A stretch of DNA of 64,000 nt from positions 37,138,001 to 37,202,000 of the forward strand of contig OZ024751.1 of NCBI GenBank assembly GCA_964016885.1. Reading direction: 5' to 3'. The stretch is from Eledone cirrhosa. Lineage: Eukaryota. The position numbers were made by a program, and so were the translations under genes. Below are positions 30,513-44,670 of this stretch, piece after piece (positions within the stretch are counted from its first letter, which is position 1; the number at the start of each line of letters is the position of its first letter). The notes beneath the pieces are model-generated. The model ran no database searches. It was not told the DNA's origin and saw nothing but the letters and a program-made list of their open reading frames with translations.

Positions 30513-30720
30513 TGTTTATATTTCTTTGGTTCAGAATATCATATATATTGATTTTAGGTTGCGAAAAACCCAAATGTAGAATTAACTACAGTTGGAAAAC
30601 ATGGATTTCGAAACCAACGCATAAATCAATGTGTTTGAAACAATAACATTTAATTAAATTTAATGTTTTTCAAAGTTACGAAATATATGGATTATACAAA
30701 ATGAAACTGAACGCAAAATG

Positions 30721-30794
<74 letters not shown>

Positions 30795-30858
30795 ATAATA
30801 ATAAATGTGAAGACTAAAATACATATATATATATAAATACATACTCACACAGAAACAC

Positions 30859-30913
<55 letters not shown>

Positions 30914-30917
30914 CATA

Positions 30918-30948
<31 letters not shown>

Positions 30949-33099
30949 CTGTATAGATGAATGCACACAAACATACATATACACGCACATACATATATAT
31001 GCATATATTTATGTGTGTGAATGCATATATATGTTAGTATGTATATATTAATGAGAGATAGGTATGCATGCATCTCTCTCTCTCTCTCTCTCTTTCTCAG
31101 TACACCTCTGTAGACAAAGAGAGAGAGATGCATACACATACATATCTACCGAGACATTAAGATAAATACATAAGCCTATCTAGGTGGGTACTTTCTCATT
31201 TAGATATCATATCCACTATGTTGTATTTACAACTATCAGTTATTATTGACAGAAAGGTACATAAACCAGTGTTTACGTGTAATATATAGCTCTGCCGTGG
31301 CTATAAACATACATAGAAGCTTTTCACTTTACACGCCCTCTTTATATGTAATAATGTAATACTACCAACCAAGAAATGTAGTATCGTATCTCTCTATCTC
31401 TTTTAGTCGTATATATATATACTAGCACGAACTCGCTATCTTTCAGATGGCGTATTTTTCTGTTACATATGTGTAATTATATAGAGTTACTGAGTCACAC
31501 ATTTTCTTTTTGTTTCTTGAATTGTAGTTTGTATTAAATACTTTTCTCCGTCTACCATAGCTTGGTTACATAAATAATTAGTAATCAAATGTGAGAGAGT
31601 GAGATAGATACACATACCCGCACATATGAGAGAAAATGAGAAAGAGATTAAAATAATGAGTAACCATAGTTCGAACCAAATTGTTTCCACTGTTACTCAC
31701 AGAAAAGTGAAATACAATTTATCACGCCGAGATAAACCTCACATTAGGGTATCATGGACAACTATATGTTGTGACATTGGTGACTACGTTAGAGCATATG
31801 TTAATCAGCTGTAACATTGAGTGTCCAATTCAGTTTTACTTCTTTGTTTGTTTTGAAGAAACACATTTGAACATGGAAGTACTTTCAAGCTTATTTATTT
31901 AAGCCGTACCATACATCGATACTAACAGGTATCAATATCACTGAAGTAACAATCATTTTAATATTTGGGTCTAGAAAGTGGCTTAAACTTTGGATATCAT
32001 TCACATTATATATAACACTGACCGACATAGCATTTTAAATGAACTCCCTCATAAACTTTTAATATGTTGGTATTTAGGTACTGTAGAAATTATCAGTATG
32101 GATGAATTATGCAGTTGAGTCTAGCAAATGTTTTTCATTCAATGTTCAGCTATTTTACCCTTTTTTACCCACATAAACTAGCAACTAGTTCTTGCTTATA
32201 TGAAGATGAAGCTTGGTCTTTTACCAAATATATACAATGTTTCAACAAGTTAAAAACAATGTTTTGGTTATTAATCACTACCAAATGTTTATGCATTATT
32301 GTTTTGACGTAATCAAAACATTATTTTATGAAACAAAACAAAGCATAAACAAATTATAAATTAATGGCTACAATTTTAATGTAAATTATATTAGGCGTTC
32401 TAAACACCAATTGCTTATTGAGTAATAGCAAAACAAAGTAGTAAAAACACACACTAACATTTATAGTTATGTTTCAGTTCTGTATTATGATCAACACCCA
32501 AGCAATACATTAAAACTGTAGTTCGAATCACGACAGTAAAATTATTGCTCATCGTGTTCTATCTTACAATGCTGCTACTAATATATAATATAAACAAAAC
32601 AAAGTAGCATGTTTGAATACCAACTCCACTACCAATGCTGTAGTAGACAATTACTCGGAGGGTTTGAGGTTGGTGAGACAAGCAAAGCCGTAATATAATA
32701 GGTAAGTAATAGTGTCTCAGGCGTAAGAACGGGTTTTAGTTCAGACACAGAACCAGAGATCATTGTGAAGAGGGAATGTCGATCTAATCGACCCGAGTAA
32801 TTAGCTGATAGTTTCTTTTACCGACCATGAAAGGATGATAGGCAAAGTTGTATATTTGTCCTAAATAAGAGATCAGCACTCAGTCAAAAAATGACTCTGG
32901 AGCATAACAGCACAACACGAAGGACCCTTCTTCCCAAATTCACTTCAATTATCAAATCTGCGCAGTCAATAAGGCCAAAAATATACTTCTACGCTGTGTG
33001 CGACAGCCACACCTCTGCAGGTTTAGGTGGCCTCCTCCGTGGTATATCTCGATAGAGGTGTCTTGGGTGATTTAATGATAAGGACGCCAATCCTATCAT

Positions 33100-33240
33100 C
33101 TCATTTCTACAGCTGAGTAAACTGGAACAACGTGAAATAAAGTGTCTTACTCAAGGAAACAACACATCACCCGGTCCGAGAATTGAACTCACAACCTTTC
33201 GATTGCAAGCTTAATGCTCTAACCACTAAGCCATGCGCCT
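33100..33240 (-). mobile_element. tRNA-derived CORE-type SINE, family 2
   Basis: Minus strand: AGGCGCATGGCTTAGTGGTTAGAGC (A box), GAGTTCAATTCTC (B box), then CCTTGAGTAAGACACTT...CTCAGCTGTAGAAATGAG, resembling the MIR/CORE domain. Confidence 0.75.
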
Positions 33241-34058
33241 TCCCCTCTACTCTGATTCTGGAGTAAGTGGAAACCTGTTTTTGATATCAAGAGATACCAA
33301 TGATTATGATGCTGAGTCATTATTGTGCCCAGACCAGTTCCACTTTCCTGTTTTTATCACAAGTGCATTTGAAAGGTTATGAAAATTATAATACACAATC
33401 TCACTATTACAGTGACCTAACATCAATTAGTTGTTCTTTATTATATCTTGGGATATTACATTTATCCAACACCTTACATTCCTAAGCCTAATGATACTGA
33501 ATGATTATTCTTTTCAAAAGTTGCGAAGAAACTGATTTATGCATCTATTTATGCTACTAGTACAACATTCCATTTTTGTTGCCATAAATATGAAATGGAA
33601 GTCGATTTTTTCTATCTACATGTATATAGAAATTATGCATAACTGAATTAATATATAATGGAATATGCTTAGCTCTGAATAGAATATTTAATGCTAACTT
33701 CTTTGGCGTAAAAATTCCATGCAATGTTAGACATAATAAAAACGGATATAGATGAACGGAAGTCCGTTTAATGTCGTAAGGGTTATTCCTTTCGACGATC
33801 TCTTGAAAATATTCAGTCTAAAGAACGCAAACATCCTTTCAATTGTTATCAGCCTGTTTTGTTGTAATGACGCAATTCCTCATTAATATCTAGCCAAAAC
33901 TACCTTCCGGATTAAACGATTCATAAAATATATTTTACAGCAAAACTTTAGAATATATCCTTCGATTTTCTCCTGTGTTTTGTGAAATATATTATTTAAT
34001 ATTCATAAAGGATTCTATGAATAACGATTGTAAGAATAAATGATATATACATATATAC

Positions 34059-34154
<96 letters not shown>

Positions 34155-34188
34155 TGCTCATCATCATAATTGATTTCAGAGATATAGT

Positions 34189-34379
34189 ACAAGGGGCGGC
34201 TGAAAAGTTCACAGGCTGACTATGAAAGAGTGATACTAGAGCTGTGAAATATCTTATGCATTATTTCCAACTCTCCTTATTAGTAACTGCATTGTTTATG
34301 GACTTTGTTGAAAAATAGACCTCATTTAGTCAGTCATTCCATGAGTATCTGGTAAGCCTATGATATTTTCAGACGACAC

Positions 34380-34384
<5 letters not shown>
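34189..34384. mobile_element. Tc1/mariner-type MITE (~195 bp)
   Basis: Imperfect ~30-bp TIRs (TACAAGGGGCGGCTGAAAAGTTCACAGGCT ... AGCCTATGATATTTTCAGACGACACTACTA) with TA at both ends; second partial copy at 8500. Confidence 0.7.
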
Positions 34385-34443
<59 letters not shown>

Positions 34444-35221
34444 GTATATACCATTCTCAGGTAAAGATGTTCATTGGTTTGCATTTCTTCTCAACTCTAG
34501 ATTTGAAAAAAGATATATTTGTTCAAACATATTGTGAAATTCTGTTTCAGCGAAATACTGTAATGTAAATATATAATTATTCTCAACAATTAATTATAAA
34601 TGACACAAGAAAAAGAAACTGAAATAAAAATCATAAAATAATACAGACGTTAAATAGTAATCGAAAGTAACACAATATATTTTAAGTAAACAGCTTGTCC
34701 AAAAAAACAAACCAAAACTAAACAAAGACTCAAAGACTTCGCGAGATTCCCGAAGATTATAGAAACCGTTTAACACCTAAACCATAACCCGGAATATTTC
34801 TTGAAAATACAAACAACACTATGACTGATTGATAATCACGTAAACGTAGGTGATGACGAAATTATTTTGGTGTAGTTCTATAAGATTATGGTGAAGTGAT
34901 AAGCAGTAGTTATTAATAATTTGGCATGGTTAATTATCTCAATATACCGTATCAGTTTTCATTAGAAAAATCTGCGAACACCAAATTATATATTCGTACG
35001 AAATACAACATTGCTCATTTTTGGGGTAAAACATAATTTCATGAATTTCTTAATACCTGTAATTTTTTAAAATTTTGTTTTTAAAATAAAAATAAAAATA
35101 TAGACACTTTAAAAATTATATTTTGTCTTTAATAGTTTAAATATGTTAGTACGTTGTCATGCACTTATATATATATATATATATATATATATACTATGTC
35201 AGCGTATGCCATGCACCATCT

Positions 35222-35288
35222 TATTTTATCTGATGAGGACGTACTGTTGAACTTAACTCAGTACCTGTGAAATATGTATAATAAAATA
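35222..35288 (+). ncRNA. Minimal type I hammerhead ribozyme
   Basis: Stem I TATTTTAT/ATAAAATA; CTGATGA (35230-35236); stem II containing GTACTG/CAGTAC; GAAA (35269-35272); stem III TATGTA; UA site. Confidence 0.75.
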
Positions 35289-35330
35289 TAATTGATCACA
35301 TGAATATCTATTTTGTTAATATTTTGAATT

Positions 35331-35374
<44 letters not shown>

Positions 35375-35468
35375 ACAAAGAAGGTGTGGTAAGATACCAG
35401 GTAGACCATAACGCACCAGAGTACTCGATACTTAGGGTAGTAGAGTGGGTAATATATATATATATATA

Positions 35469-35582
35469 TATATGAAAAGAGTAAGGATCCTGAGGGCTGA
35501 GCTCCGGCCGTTTCGACAGCTAGATCCGAAGGTTTGGAAATGGCCGCAGCTCAGCCAACGGGGTTCTGACTCTTTTCATATA
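35469..35582. mobile_element. Palindromic (hairpin) MITE-like element
   Basis: Paired arms TATGAAAAGAGT/ACTCTTTTCATA, GGCTGAGCT/AGCTCAGCC and CGGCCGTTTC/GAAATGGCCG, embedded in a TA run. Confidence 0.6.
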
Positions 35583-35742
35583 TAATCCACCACCAATCCA
35601 CCACCCTTATATAATATATAATCTGTTTAACTTGATTTAGCGTCTAGACACCGTATTACTATGAACCGGCACTGCCAGAAATGAATGCCAATGTATTCTA
35701 TTCAGTCAGCACTTACACGGATTTGAAGGAAACAACAATATT

Positions 35743-36124
35743 ATTGGCAGCATCGGTAGAAGGCGGTGGATTGGCAGTATCGGTTGAATAGGGGGCTGGA
35801 TTGGCAGTATCGGTAGAATCGGGGGTGGATTGACAGTATTGGTAGAATAAGGGGTAGATTGACGGTATCGGTAGAATTGGGGGTGGGGTGGATTGGCAGT
35901 ATCGGTAGAATATGGCGGTGGATTGGCAGTATTGGTAGAATAGGGGGGGGGGGTGGATTGACAGTATCGATAGAGGGTAGGACGCCATGTTTTGCAGCAA
36001 AGAGTTAAGGCCCGTTATGGTCTGAGTTCAAATCTCGTCGAGGTTAACTTTGCCTTTCATCCTTACGGGGTCGATAAAATAAAGTACCAGTAATACACTG
36101 AGATAATTGCCAAAAGTAGAAACA
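35743..36124 (+). mobile_element. Family-1 SINE with 8 tandem copies of its 5' head
   Basis: TTGRCRGYATYG... units start at 35744, 35771, 35801, 35830, 35859, 35893, 35923 and 35958. The last continues into the B box GAGTTCAAATCTC and the SINE body. Confidence 0.8.
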
Positions 36125-37454
36125 ATTATTTTAACACTTTTCTCTACATTAATAATAAGATATATGACATACGATTATGTAAAAAATATATATATATTTA
36201 TTTCCCACCATATTCTCTGTAGGAACATAGTATTGAAACAGTGTCGTTGCCGTTCCAAATTGAGTGTTTGTCCTAATTTACTTAATTCATTACAACATAT
36301 AATGTTCGTGGAGTTCAGATTGTTTCTTCAATCCTTACTAAATGACCTATTCGAGAGGGGGGTGTCTTGACAACCTTCTATTATGTAACTCAATATCTTC
36401 TTTAAAATCAACGCACGAAAATCAGCGGAATTTGTAGGGCCTGACCTGTTCTTAAAAAAAAAATACATGCGTCTCTTAATTCCCACATTTACATATATAG
36501 GCTGTTTGTATGCTACCCAGTAAATATACCCTACAAAGTTAATGATATATTTATACTCTACTTTAAAATATCAAATCACACATGAGACCAAAAGGTATCA
36601 TGTATGTTTTTAAAGACAAGCGAATGTTCTGTTTAGAATAATTTATGGGAAATACAAGCCTTAGTTTTAAGAAGTTTATGAATATATTCCAGCATGAAAA
36701 GACTATTTTGAAAGGAAAATGTTAACTACCTGACTCATGGCATGAATGAAAATGACATTTTTTTCCTTAAGAAAAATAATAATGAGCTGAAAAATATCTA
36801 ATGTATTATTATAAAACGTAAAGTTGGAGGTGCACAACAAGACAATACAGTAACAAGAAAAATATTATATGGTCTATAATTTTCTTCCTTATAAGATAAT
36901 TTAAAAAGCACATTCAATCCGAATTATACTTCAGCTAGCGTTGTATAGAAAAATCGTTAAGGCGCCACAAAGCTGTCTTCCGTAGTTACATCACTTTACT
37001 TTCTGATTATAAATTCTGCTGTGGATGTATTTATTTGCCTTTCATAGACACTAATATATTAAATCCAGTACGTTAAATATTAACGCTAATATATGAAATC
37101 CTGGAGAGTTTGTTGTTCGTCAATAAATTTTGTTATCATGAAGAGTAGAATTCACTGACATTTAACCTTTCCATAGAATGCGGTCCGGAATTAAAATAAG
37201 AGAATCAATATATTATGTGGTACAGACGTAATCGCAATGAATTGAAGCCGTGGTAGTGAAGTGAATGAAGTGTTAAGTTTAAGGAGGGACTTAGAAGAGG
37301 TTGCCGAAGGAAGATGGATACAGACCATCACCAGATTCCACTCAAAATCGGATTTTACACAAATTTGAGAATGAAGAATGTGACCCAATCGATAATACCT
37401 CTCCATAACATGAAACATAAACCAATGTGAGAAAATAAAAAATATACTGAGATC

Positions 37455-37680
37455 TGAGTGTTGGATTGGCAGAATTGATAGAGTCTTGGATAAAATGCCA
37501 CATGCCTTATTGTTCCAGATCTTTACATTCAAAGTTCAAATCCCACCATGAGCACGATCAACTTTCATCAACGCGTTGTCTCCAAATTTTCTGGACTTGA
37601 ACCTAAATAATTGTTTCTACTTTTGGCACAAATCCAGCAATTATCCCAGTTTATTACTGGTACTTTATTTTATCGACCCC
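37455..37680. mobile_element. Two convergent family-1 SINE fragments (diverged + strand head; - strand 3' part)
   Basis: GGATTGGCAGAATTGATAGAG...AAGTTCAAATCCC on the + strand. 37612-37680 matches 7965-8032. Confidence 0.6.
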
Positions 37681-38590
37681 AAATCAATATTATACTGAAA
37701 TCGAAGGTGATAAACGCCAGAATACGTAGAAGGATGGATTACGTGTATATTTGAATAATAACTTATATTCATGTACAACAATAAGTCAGTGTTTATATAA
37801 AATTGATACATTAATGTACGAACATTTCTAAAATGTTATCATATAGCGCATTTTTAGGACTCTGCGTGTATGTGTGTATATATATATATTTAGTTCAACA
37901 CGGCTGTCGTTAAACGATGATGATGATGACCTTTAACGAAATCATTAACAACTTCCTTACAAGATAATTTAGTAAGTAGGGAGATGCGGAGATCGACAAG
38001 TGTATTCATCGTTAAAACCGACGGAGGATTCATTCATGTTTGTTTGTGGATATATCATACAATATTGCATTGTATAATATATATTTACGATAATGCCTCG
38101 ATCTTTATATGTATGAATGAAGACGTGGGAATATAATCTTTGATGAAATTCGTGACCTGAAATGTTGAGAGGTGAAACTACGACTGTCTGACACGGATTT
38201 ATATTTCCCCAAAAATCTGTCAACAGCAATGTCTCGAAAGAAATTACAAGGAGAGAACATGAATTTGAAACTATGACGGCATAATCATACGTATTTAGAA
38301 GGTGGTGGATATCTGTTAAGTGGATTCTATAGGACTTGTGTAAGCCTAATTTGTTGGAGTGTTCGAGCTTAAGTCAGTTAGTTGTACATCAAATGGGATT
38401 AAGGTGTTGTTCAATCTATCATTGTTTCGGACATCGTGGAGAACAGCACTTAAAAGGGGTCATTTTACAGTGAACTCACTTGACAATCGAAACATAGAAA
38501 ATATATGTAACGATAACCATTCAACGAAGATATACACACGATATGTCTCTCACTGTGTGTGTGTATGTATATATATATATATACACACAC

Positions 38591-38646
<56 letters not shown>

Positions 38647-38793
38647 GTGTGTGTTTATACATTTGACCGGGAAGTATATCTAAAACTGCTGGTACATTTC
38701 TCTTATTCTTTCAATTACTATTTATCCCAATGATGTACACACACACACACACATGTGTGTGTGTGTGTATTTATATATGTATATATAATACAT

Positions 38794-38852
<59 letters not shown>

Positions 38853-38926
38853 TATACTCTGCTATATATTGAGTACCTTACTTACTGTGGTTATCTCCGA
38901 TTCAACCCGGAATAACCTATATATAT

Positions 38927-38989
<63 letters not shown>

Positions 38990-38993
<4 letters not shown>

Positions 38994-39852
38994 AACAGAT
39001 AGCAAAAGCCGAATGTGTGAGTGAAAGAGAGAAAGTAGGAGAAAGAGAGAGTGAGAGTGTGAGAGAGTGCGAGTATGACAGATAGAAGAAGCCGAGTGTG
39101 TGAGTGAAAGAGAGAGTGAGAGTGTGAGAGTGTGACGGATAGAAGAAGCCGAGTGTGTGAGTGAAAGAGAGAAAGTAGGAGAAAGAGAGAGTGAGAGTGT
39201 GAGAGAGTGCGAGTATGACAGATAGAAGAAGCCGAGTGTGTGAGTGAAAGAGAGAGTGAGAGTGTGAGAGTGTGACGGATAGAAGAAGCCGAGTGTGTGA
39301 GTGAAAGAGAGAAAGTAGGAGAAAGAGAGAGTGAGAGTGTGAGAGAGCGCGAGTGTGACAGATAGAAGAAGCCGAGTGTGTGAGTGAAAGAGAGAGTGAG
39401 AGTGTGAGAGTGTGACAGATAGAAGAAGCCGAGTGTGTGAGTGAAAGAGAGAAAGTAGGAGAAAGAGAGAGTGAGAGTGTGAGAGAGCGCGAGTGTGACA
39501 GATAGAAGAAGCCGAGTGTGTGAGTGAAAGAGAGAGTGAGAGTGTGAGAGTGTGACAGATAGAAGAAGCCGAGTGTGTGAGTGAAAGAGAGAGTGAGAGT
39601 GTGAGAGTGTGACAGATAGAAGAAGCCGAGTGTGTGTGTGAAAGAGAGAGTGAGAGTGTGAGAGTGTGACAGATAGAAGAAGCCGAGTGTGTGAGTGAAA
39701 GAGAGAAAGTAGGAGAAAGAGAGAGTGAGAGTGTGAGAGAGCGCGAGTGTGACAGATAGAAGAAGCCGAGTGTGTGAGTGAAAGAGAGAGTGAGAGTGTG
39801 AGAGTGTGACAGATAGAAGAAGCCGAGTGTGTGAGTGAAAGAGAGAAAGTAA
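38990..39852. repeat. Higher-order minisatellite of 83-bp (L) and 57-bp (S) units
   Basis: Anchor GATAGAAGAAGCCGAG (first copy slightly diverged) at 38998, 39081, 39138, 39221, 39278, 39361, 39418, 39501, 39558, 39615, 39672, 39755 and 39812. Confidence 0.9.
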
Positions 39853-40129
39853 GAGATATACGTATGGTTATATTTTCTATTATACAAAAATTGAAATAAT
39901 CAATGATTTAGTGTAAAAGAAAGTATTATAAGTTATGGAGACAGGAAGAAACATTTATATCGTAGAAGGTTTACAGCTATGAAAGGATAAACACCTTTGA
40001 TGTTATTTCAAGGTTTACTGAAGGAAAGTCTACTTCTCAGAAGTTCGGGCTTATAGTATCGGACTGTGGCAAGGGTATAGAATATAGTAAATTGAAAACG
40101 AATAAAAGAGTGGAAACGTGAATGTGAGT

Positions 40130-40400
40130 GAGAGAGAGAGGAGAGATATGAGAGAGAGGAGATATGAGAAAGAGAGAGCGAGGGGAGATATGAGAAAGAG
40201 AGAGAGAGAGAGAGGGGAGATATGAGAAAGCGAGAGAGAGAGAGGGGGGAGATATGAGAAAGAGAGAGACAGAGGGGAGATATGAGAGAGAGAGAGAGAG
40301 AGCGAGAGGAGATATGAGAGAGAGAAAGAAGATATGAGAAAGACAGAGAGAAAGGGTGAGAGAAAGAAAGCGAGAGAAAGAGAAGGAGAGAGAAAGAAAG
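40130..40400. repeat. GA-derived minisatellite with a GAGATATGAGA anchor
   Basis: Repeated GAGATATGAGA separated by variable GA runs. Confidence 0.8.
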
Positions 40401-40439
40401 GCCAAAGCAAATAGGAAGACTGATGTTATGCGTTGGTAT

Positions 40440-40483
<44 letters not shown>

Positions 40484-40640
40484 TATAGAGAGAGAGAGAG
40501 AGATAGGTATATATTTATTTGTGTGTGCGCGTATATACAGACCAGGGTAAAATGCATATTGCAATAAGCTTGAATACACACACACATATATCTTTCTCCG
40601 TTTGACCCGCTTTTGGTCTCTTACTATCTATGTATGTATG

Positions 40641-40681
<41 letters not shown>

Positions 40682-40842
40682 AAATATCCCTTGGCTCTCT
40701 CTTTCTCTCACATATAATTATATATAAATATATATATATATGTGTGTGTATGTGTGTGTATGTGTGTCTTGTATAAATATCCCTTGGCTCTCTCTTTCTC
40801 TCACATATAATTATATATAAATATATATATATATATATGTGT

Positions 40843-40905
<63 letters not shown>

Positions 40906-41411
40906 TGTGTGTTCAGAAAAAAGACAGAAAGTGAAAGGGTTGGAGGAGAGAGAGAGGGGGTTCAGTTTCAGATAGACCTGAATATAACTGATAAGTAAAT
41001 TACAGACCATATGAATCGTTGTGTAATGTATTTTATTGTATTACTAAAGATTATGTGCCAATATTAATACATGACTGACTGGGCGAAATAATACACATCC
41101 ATGAATTAGACAGAAATAATATTTAGAGAGATATACACACGTTTGATTCTATGCATTGTCATGCATAATCTTCTCCAAAATACGGTGATTGAAGATATAC
41201 GTATATCCGTTAGTGGCATCTAAATATACATTCACACAAACACACATGTACAGAAAAAGACACACCACACTCTATGAAGTATAGGTCGAATGCGATATAT
41301 ATATATATATATATATATACATACATATTTTTATGCGTGTTTATTCGTATGTATATATACACATACATATATATATATATATAAAAGCGTGTGCTAATGT
41401 GTATATGCTTT

Positions 41412-41446
<35 letters not shown>

Positions 41447-41534
41447 AACAAACATCCCCCTGAATCTCGTACGTCTGTTTATTTGTCTCAAAATATATCT
41501 GCCCCTAACCTTATGGCCCGGATTAAGTTCGTGC

Positions 41535-41593
<59 letters not shown>

Positions 41594-41685
41594 CAAAAGG
41601 GATATTCAATTTGTTGGTAATTCAACAAATATATATGTTTATAACTGATTTAGAGCACTCGACATATTTTCTGGAGTATAATATT

Positions 41686-41908
41686 CAATGATATTAAATA
41701 AATGGAAACTATATTTATAAAACCATATTTATTCTATTATATATATGTCAAGGGTACCAAAACATTGGTACGCTTTCATCAGATAAAATACAAACAAACT
41801 TTGTATTTTATCTGATGAAAGCGTACCAAAGTTTTGGTACCCTTGAAATATATATTATAGAATAAATATGGTTTTATAAATATAGTTTCCATTTATTTAA
41901 TATCATTG
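41686..41908. repeat. 223-bp near-perfect palindrome (109-bp arms, 5-nt loop) carrying a hammerhead ribozyme in each arm
   Basis: Arms 41686-41794 and 41800-41908 around loop CAAAC, with few mismatches. Confidence 0.92.
41804..41864 (+). ncRNA. Minimal type I hammerhead ribozyme (right arm of the palindrome)
   Basis: TATTTTAT-CTGATGA-AAGCGTACCAA(AGTT)TTGGTACCCTT-GAAA-TATATA-TT-ATAGAATA. The mirror copy on the minus strand (~41730-41790) has GACA in place of GAAA. Confidence 0.75.
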
Positions 41909-41984
<76 letters not shown>

Positions 41985-43073
41985 GATAAATCTACCAAAA
42001 GTTTACGGTAGTGTCCAATCCGTATGAAGAACTCAATGTAATCCGGATATCATGAAAAGAGAAGATGCATTCAAAAACTACTTTCGGTGAAAAATAAACG
42101 GAAAACAGAGTCAAGATAAATTAATATATATATAATATGCTATATTCAAGAAGCCCCAATACACAATTCTTGTCACAGATCTAATTAATTTTTGGTAATA
42201 TTGTGAAAATTCCGGAAAACAAAGTCATTTTTAAGGTAACTTCAGATGTGGGAAATTTGTATATAATAGCTACATATATTTTCCACTCGAATGCATTTGA
42301 ATACGTGAATGCATATTTCATCCATTCAAATTCTTCAGAAGTTTTCACAATCTAACTAGAGCGAAATTCAGATACTGATATATAAAACGTTCCTGCTTTC
42401 TTTCTTTTTAACCGATAAATGGTGACTAAGATATCGTTGATCAATTCATAAATGTACTTTGTCCAAATAATTGTCACCACTGTTTACAAAAAATGTGCTG
42501 AGAGTAGGCCCTTAAGTGCCAAAAGAAAAGTCTTTACAGTATTAACGACATCCACATAAATAACTATGACAACGACAATATAAAGGAGAACGGCAATACT
42601 GCGACACTACCTGTATTGAATCTCTATGACATCGAAGCAATAGGTAAAGTGTATCTTGGCTTTATTCCATTGCCCTTAGCGCCCTCTAGCGCTACTCATA
42701 GTAATTACTTTTGGGAACTCGATTATGCAAAAAAAACAATAACAACGAATAAAATAGAAATAAAAGACGAAAAAATAAATAAAGAAAAAAATCCGGTGAT
42801 GTAAACTGACACCGCCAAACTTTTCAGGATTCAAACGGTGTTCAAAGCCCCCAAGTGTACTGTAAAAACTGACCCGGAATTTGCCATTGTTGTTAAATAG
42901 GTACTGTTGTTGCTTTATATCACGAGTTCTCTTCTGCGTCCTTTCAGCTTTCTCTTAAATCATATTGCTGCTTTCCACTCCTATTTCAATTTCTCGTCTC
43001 AAGACATGTTTTATAATCTTTCTCAGACATCGTTTATTTTCACCTTGTCACATACTCCCTCTCACTCTCGTTG

Positions 43074-43105
<32 letters not shown>

Positions 43106-43117
43106 CAACGAGAGTGT

Positions 43118-43159
<42 letters not shown>

Positions 43160-43283
43160 ACAGAATGCATACGTAGATGCATTATATATATATATATATA
43201 TATATATAATGCATACGTAGATGCATTATATATATATATATTTATATATATATATATGTATATATATGTATATATATATATAT

Positions 43284-43322
<39 letters not shown>

Positions 43323-43861
43323 CACGCATATATATATATATATATATTAGACATGACCATCTATATAAAACTATAAAACTTCCACAAACTTTATCTTTCT
43401 CACAGTGGTTAGTAAATTAAACCGAACGCATAATGGCTGCTGTAAAACATTTCCACCCCCTAGGCTATTTAAAACTGGTCCCATATATGTATGTAAATTA
43501 CTTCTACAATCCCCTACTTGCAACCCATACCACACACATACATACAACTCCTATCTGCCCCTACCACAACCAACAACAACAACTATAGCAGATGATCACA
43601 TCCACTAACTGCTTCGCTACGATTACTGCGACAAATCTCTTCTGCACTAAGTGGATCGCCGCCATTACTGCTGCCTCTGACTTTCAGTGATTCAAATGTA
43701 CTTAAGTATTAGGAAAAGAATCTCATAAAGTAAATGATGCTCACACAAAAATATAATATTGGCCCAACATTTGCAGCATATATACATACACACTCACATC
43801 TCTCTTTCCCTCTCTGTCATATATATATATATATCCATCTCTCTTCCCCCTCTCTCTCTCT

Positions 43862-43945
<84 letters not shown>

Positions 43946-44296
43946 CGTACAGCACGAATACTCAAACATAATCTCACACATACAAACAACACATCAAGAT
44001 GACCACCATTACTACTACGGCTATCGAACATTCAAATGTGTTTAAGAAATAGGAAATTAAAATCTCGCCAGACAAGTCATTTTTGCACAATAAACTTATA
44101 TATTCCTCACCATCGTTATCATATCGTGCACTGGAAATATTTTCATATGCGAAATCGAGGAATAATTCCACAAGTTATGTTGTTGCGATCTACATCTACA
44201 CCATCGCTTCTTTTTCTCCGATTCATGATGTAACCCAACATTTTCATAGATTTACATATTTCTTCCATATAACTTTACTAAAGGCATAACGTTACT

Positions 44297-44479
44297 GTGG
44301 ATTGGAAGTATCGGTAGAGCGTCAGACGCCATACTTTGCAGCATAGAGTTACGACTCTTTATTTTCTGAGTTCAAATCCCGCCGAGGTTAACTTTGCCTT
44401 TCATCCATACGGGGTCGATAAAATAAAGTAGCAGTAACGCACTGGGGTAATTACTGGCCTTGTGCCAAAATTAGAAACA
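44297..44479 (+). mobile_element. Family-1 tRNA-derived SINE, near full length
   Basis: GTGGATTGGAAGTATCGGTAGAGC, GAGTTCAAATCCC, GGGGTCGATAAAATAAAG, ending CCTTGTGCCAAAATTAGAAACA. Confidence 0.8.
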
Positions 44480-44580
44480 GCTATATATATATACATCCAT
44501 ATATAAGTATAACCATACATACATCTATATATATATATACATATACACACATATATACATAGATATCTGTGTACACACAT

Positions 44581-44629
<49 letters not shown>

Positions 44630-44670
44630 AAATGAAAATCCGAAGGCAAGGTAAAATTCCAATCATTTAA

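Noticed and set aside
35743-39852. CRISPR-like appearance of the two short-unit arrays
   Set aside because: Eukaryotic context, no unique spacers and no cas genes; explained as SINE-head and minisatellite repeats.
40678-43230. Short local duplications (40678/40771 and 43164/43208)
   Set aside because: Ordinary slippage duplications next to microsatellites.
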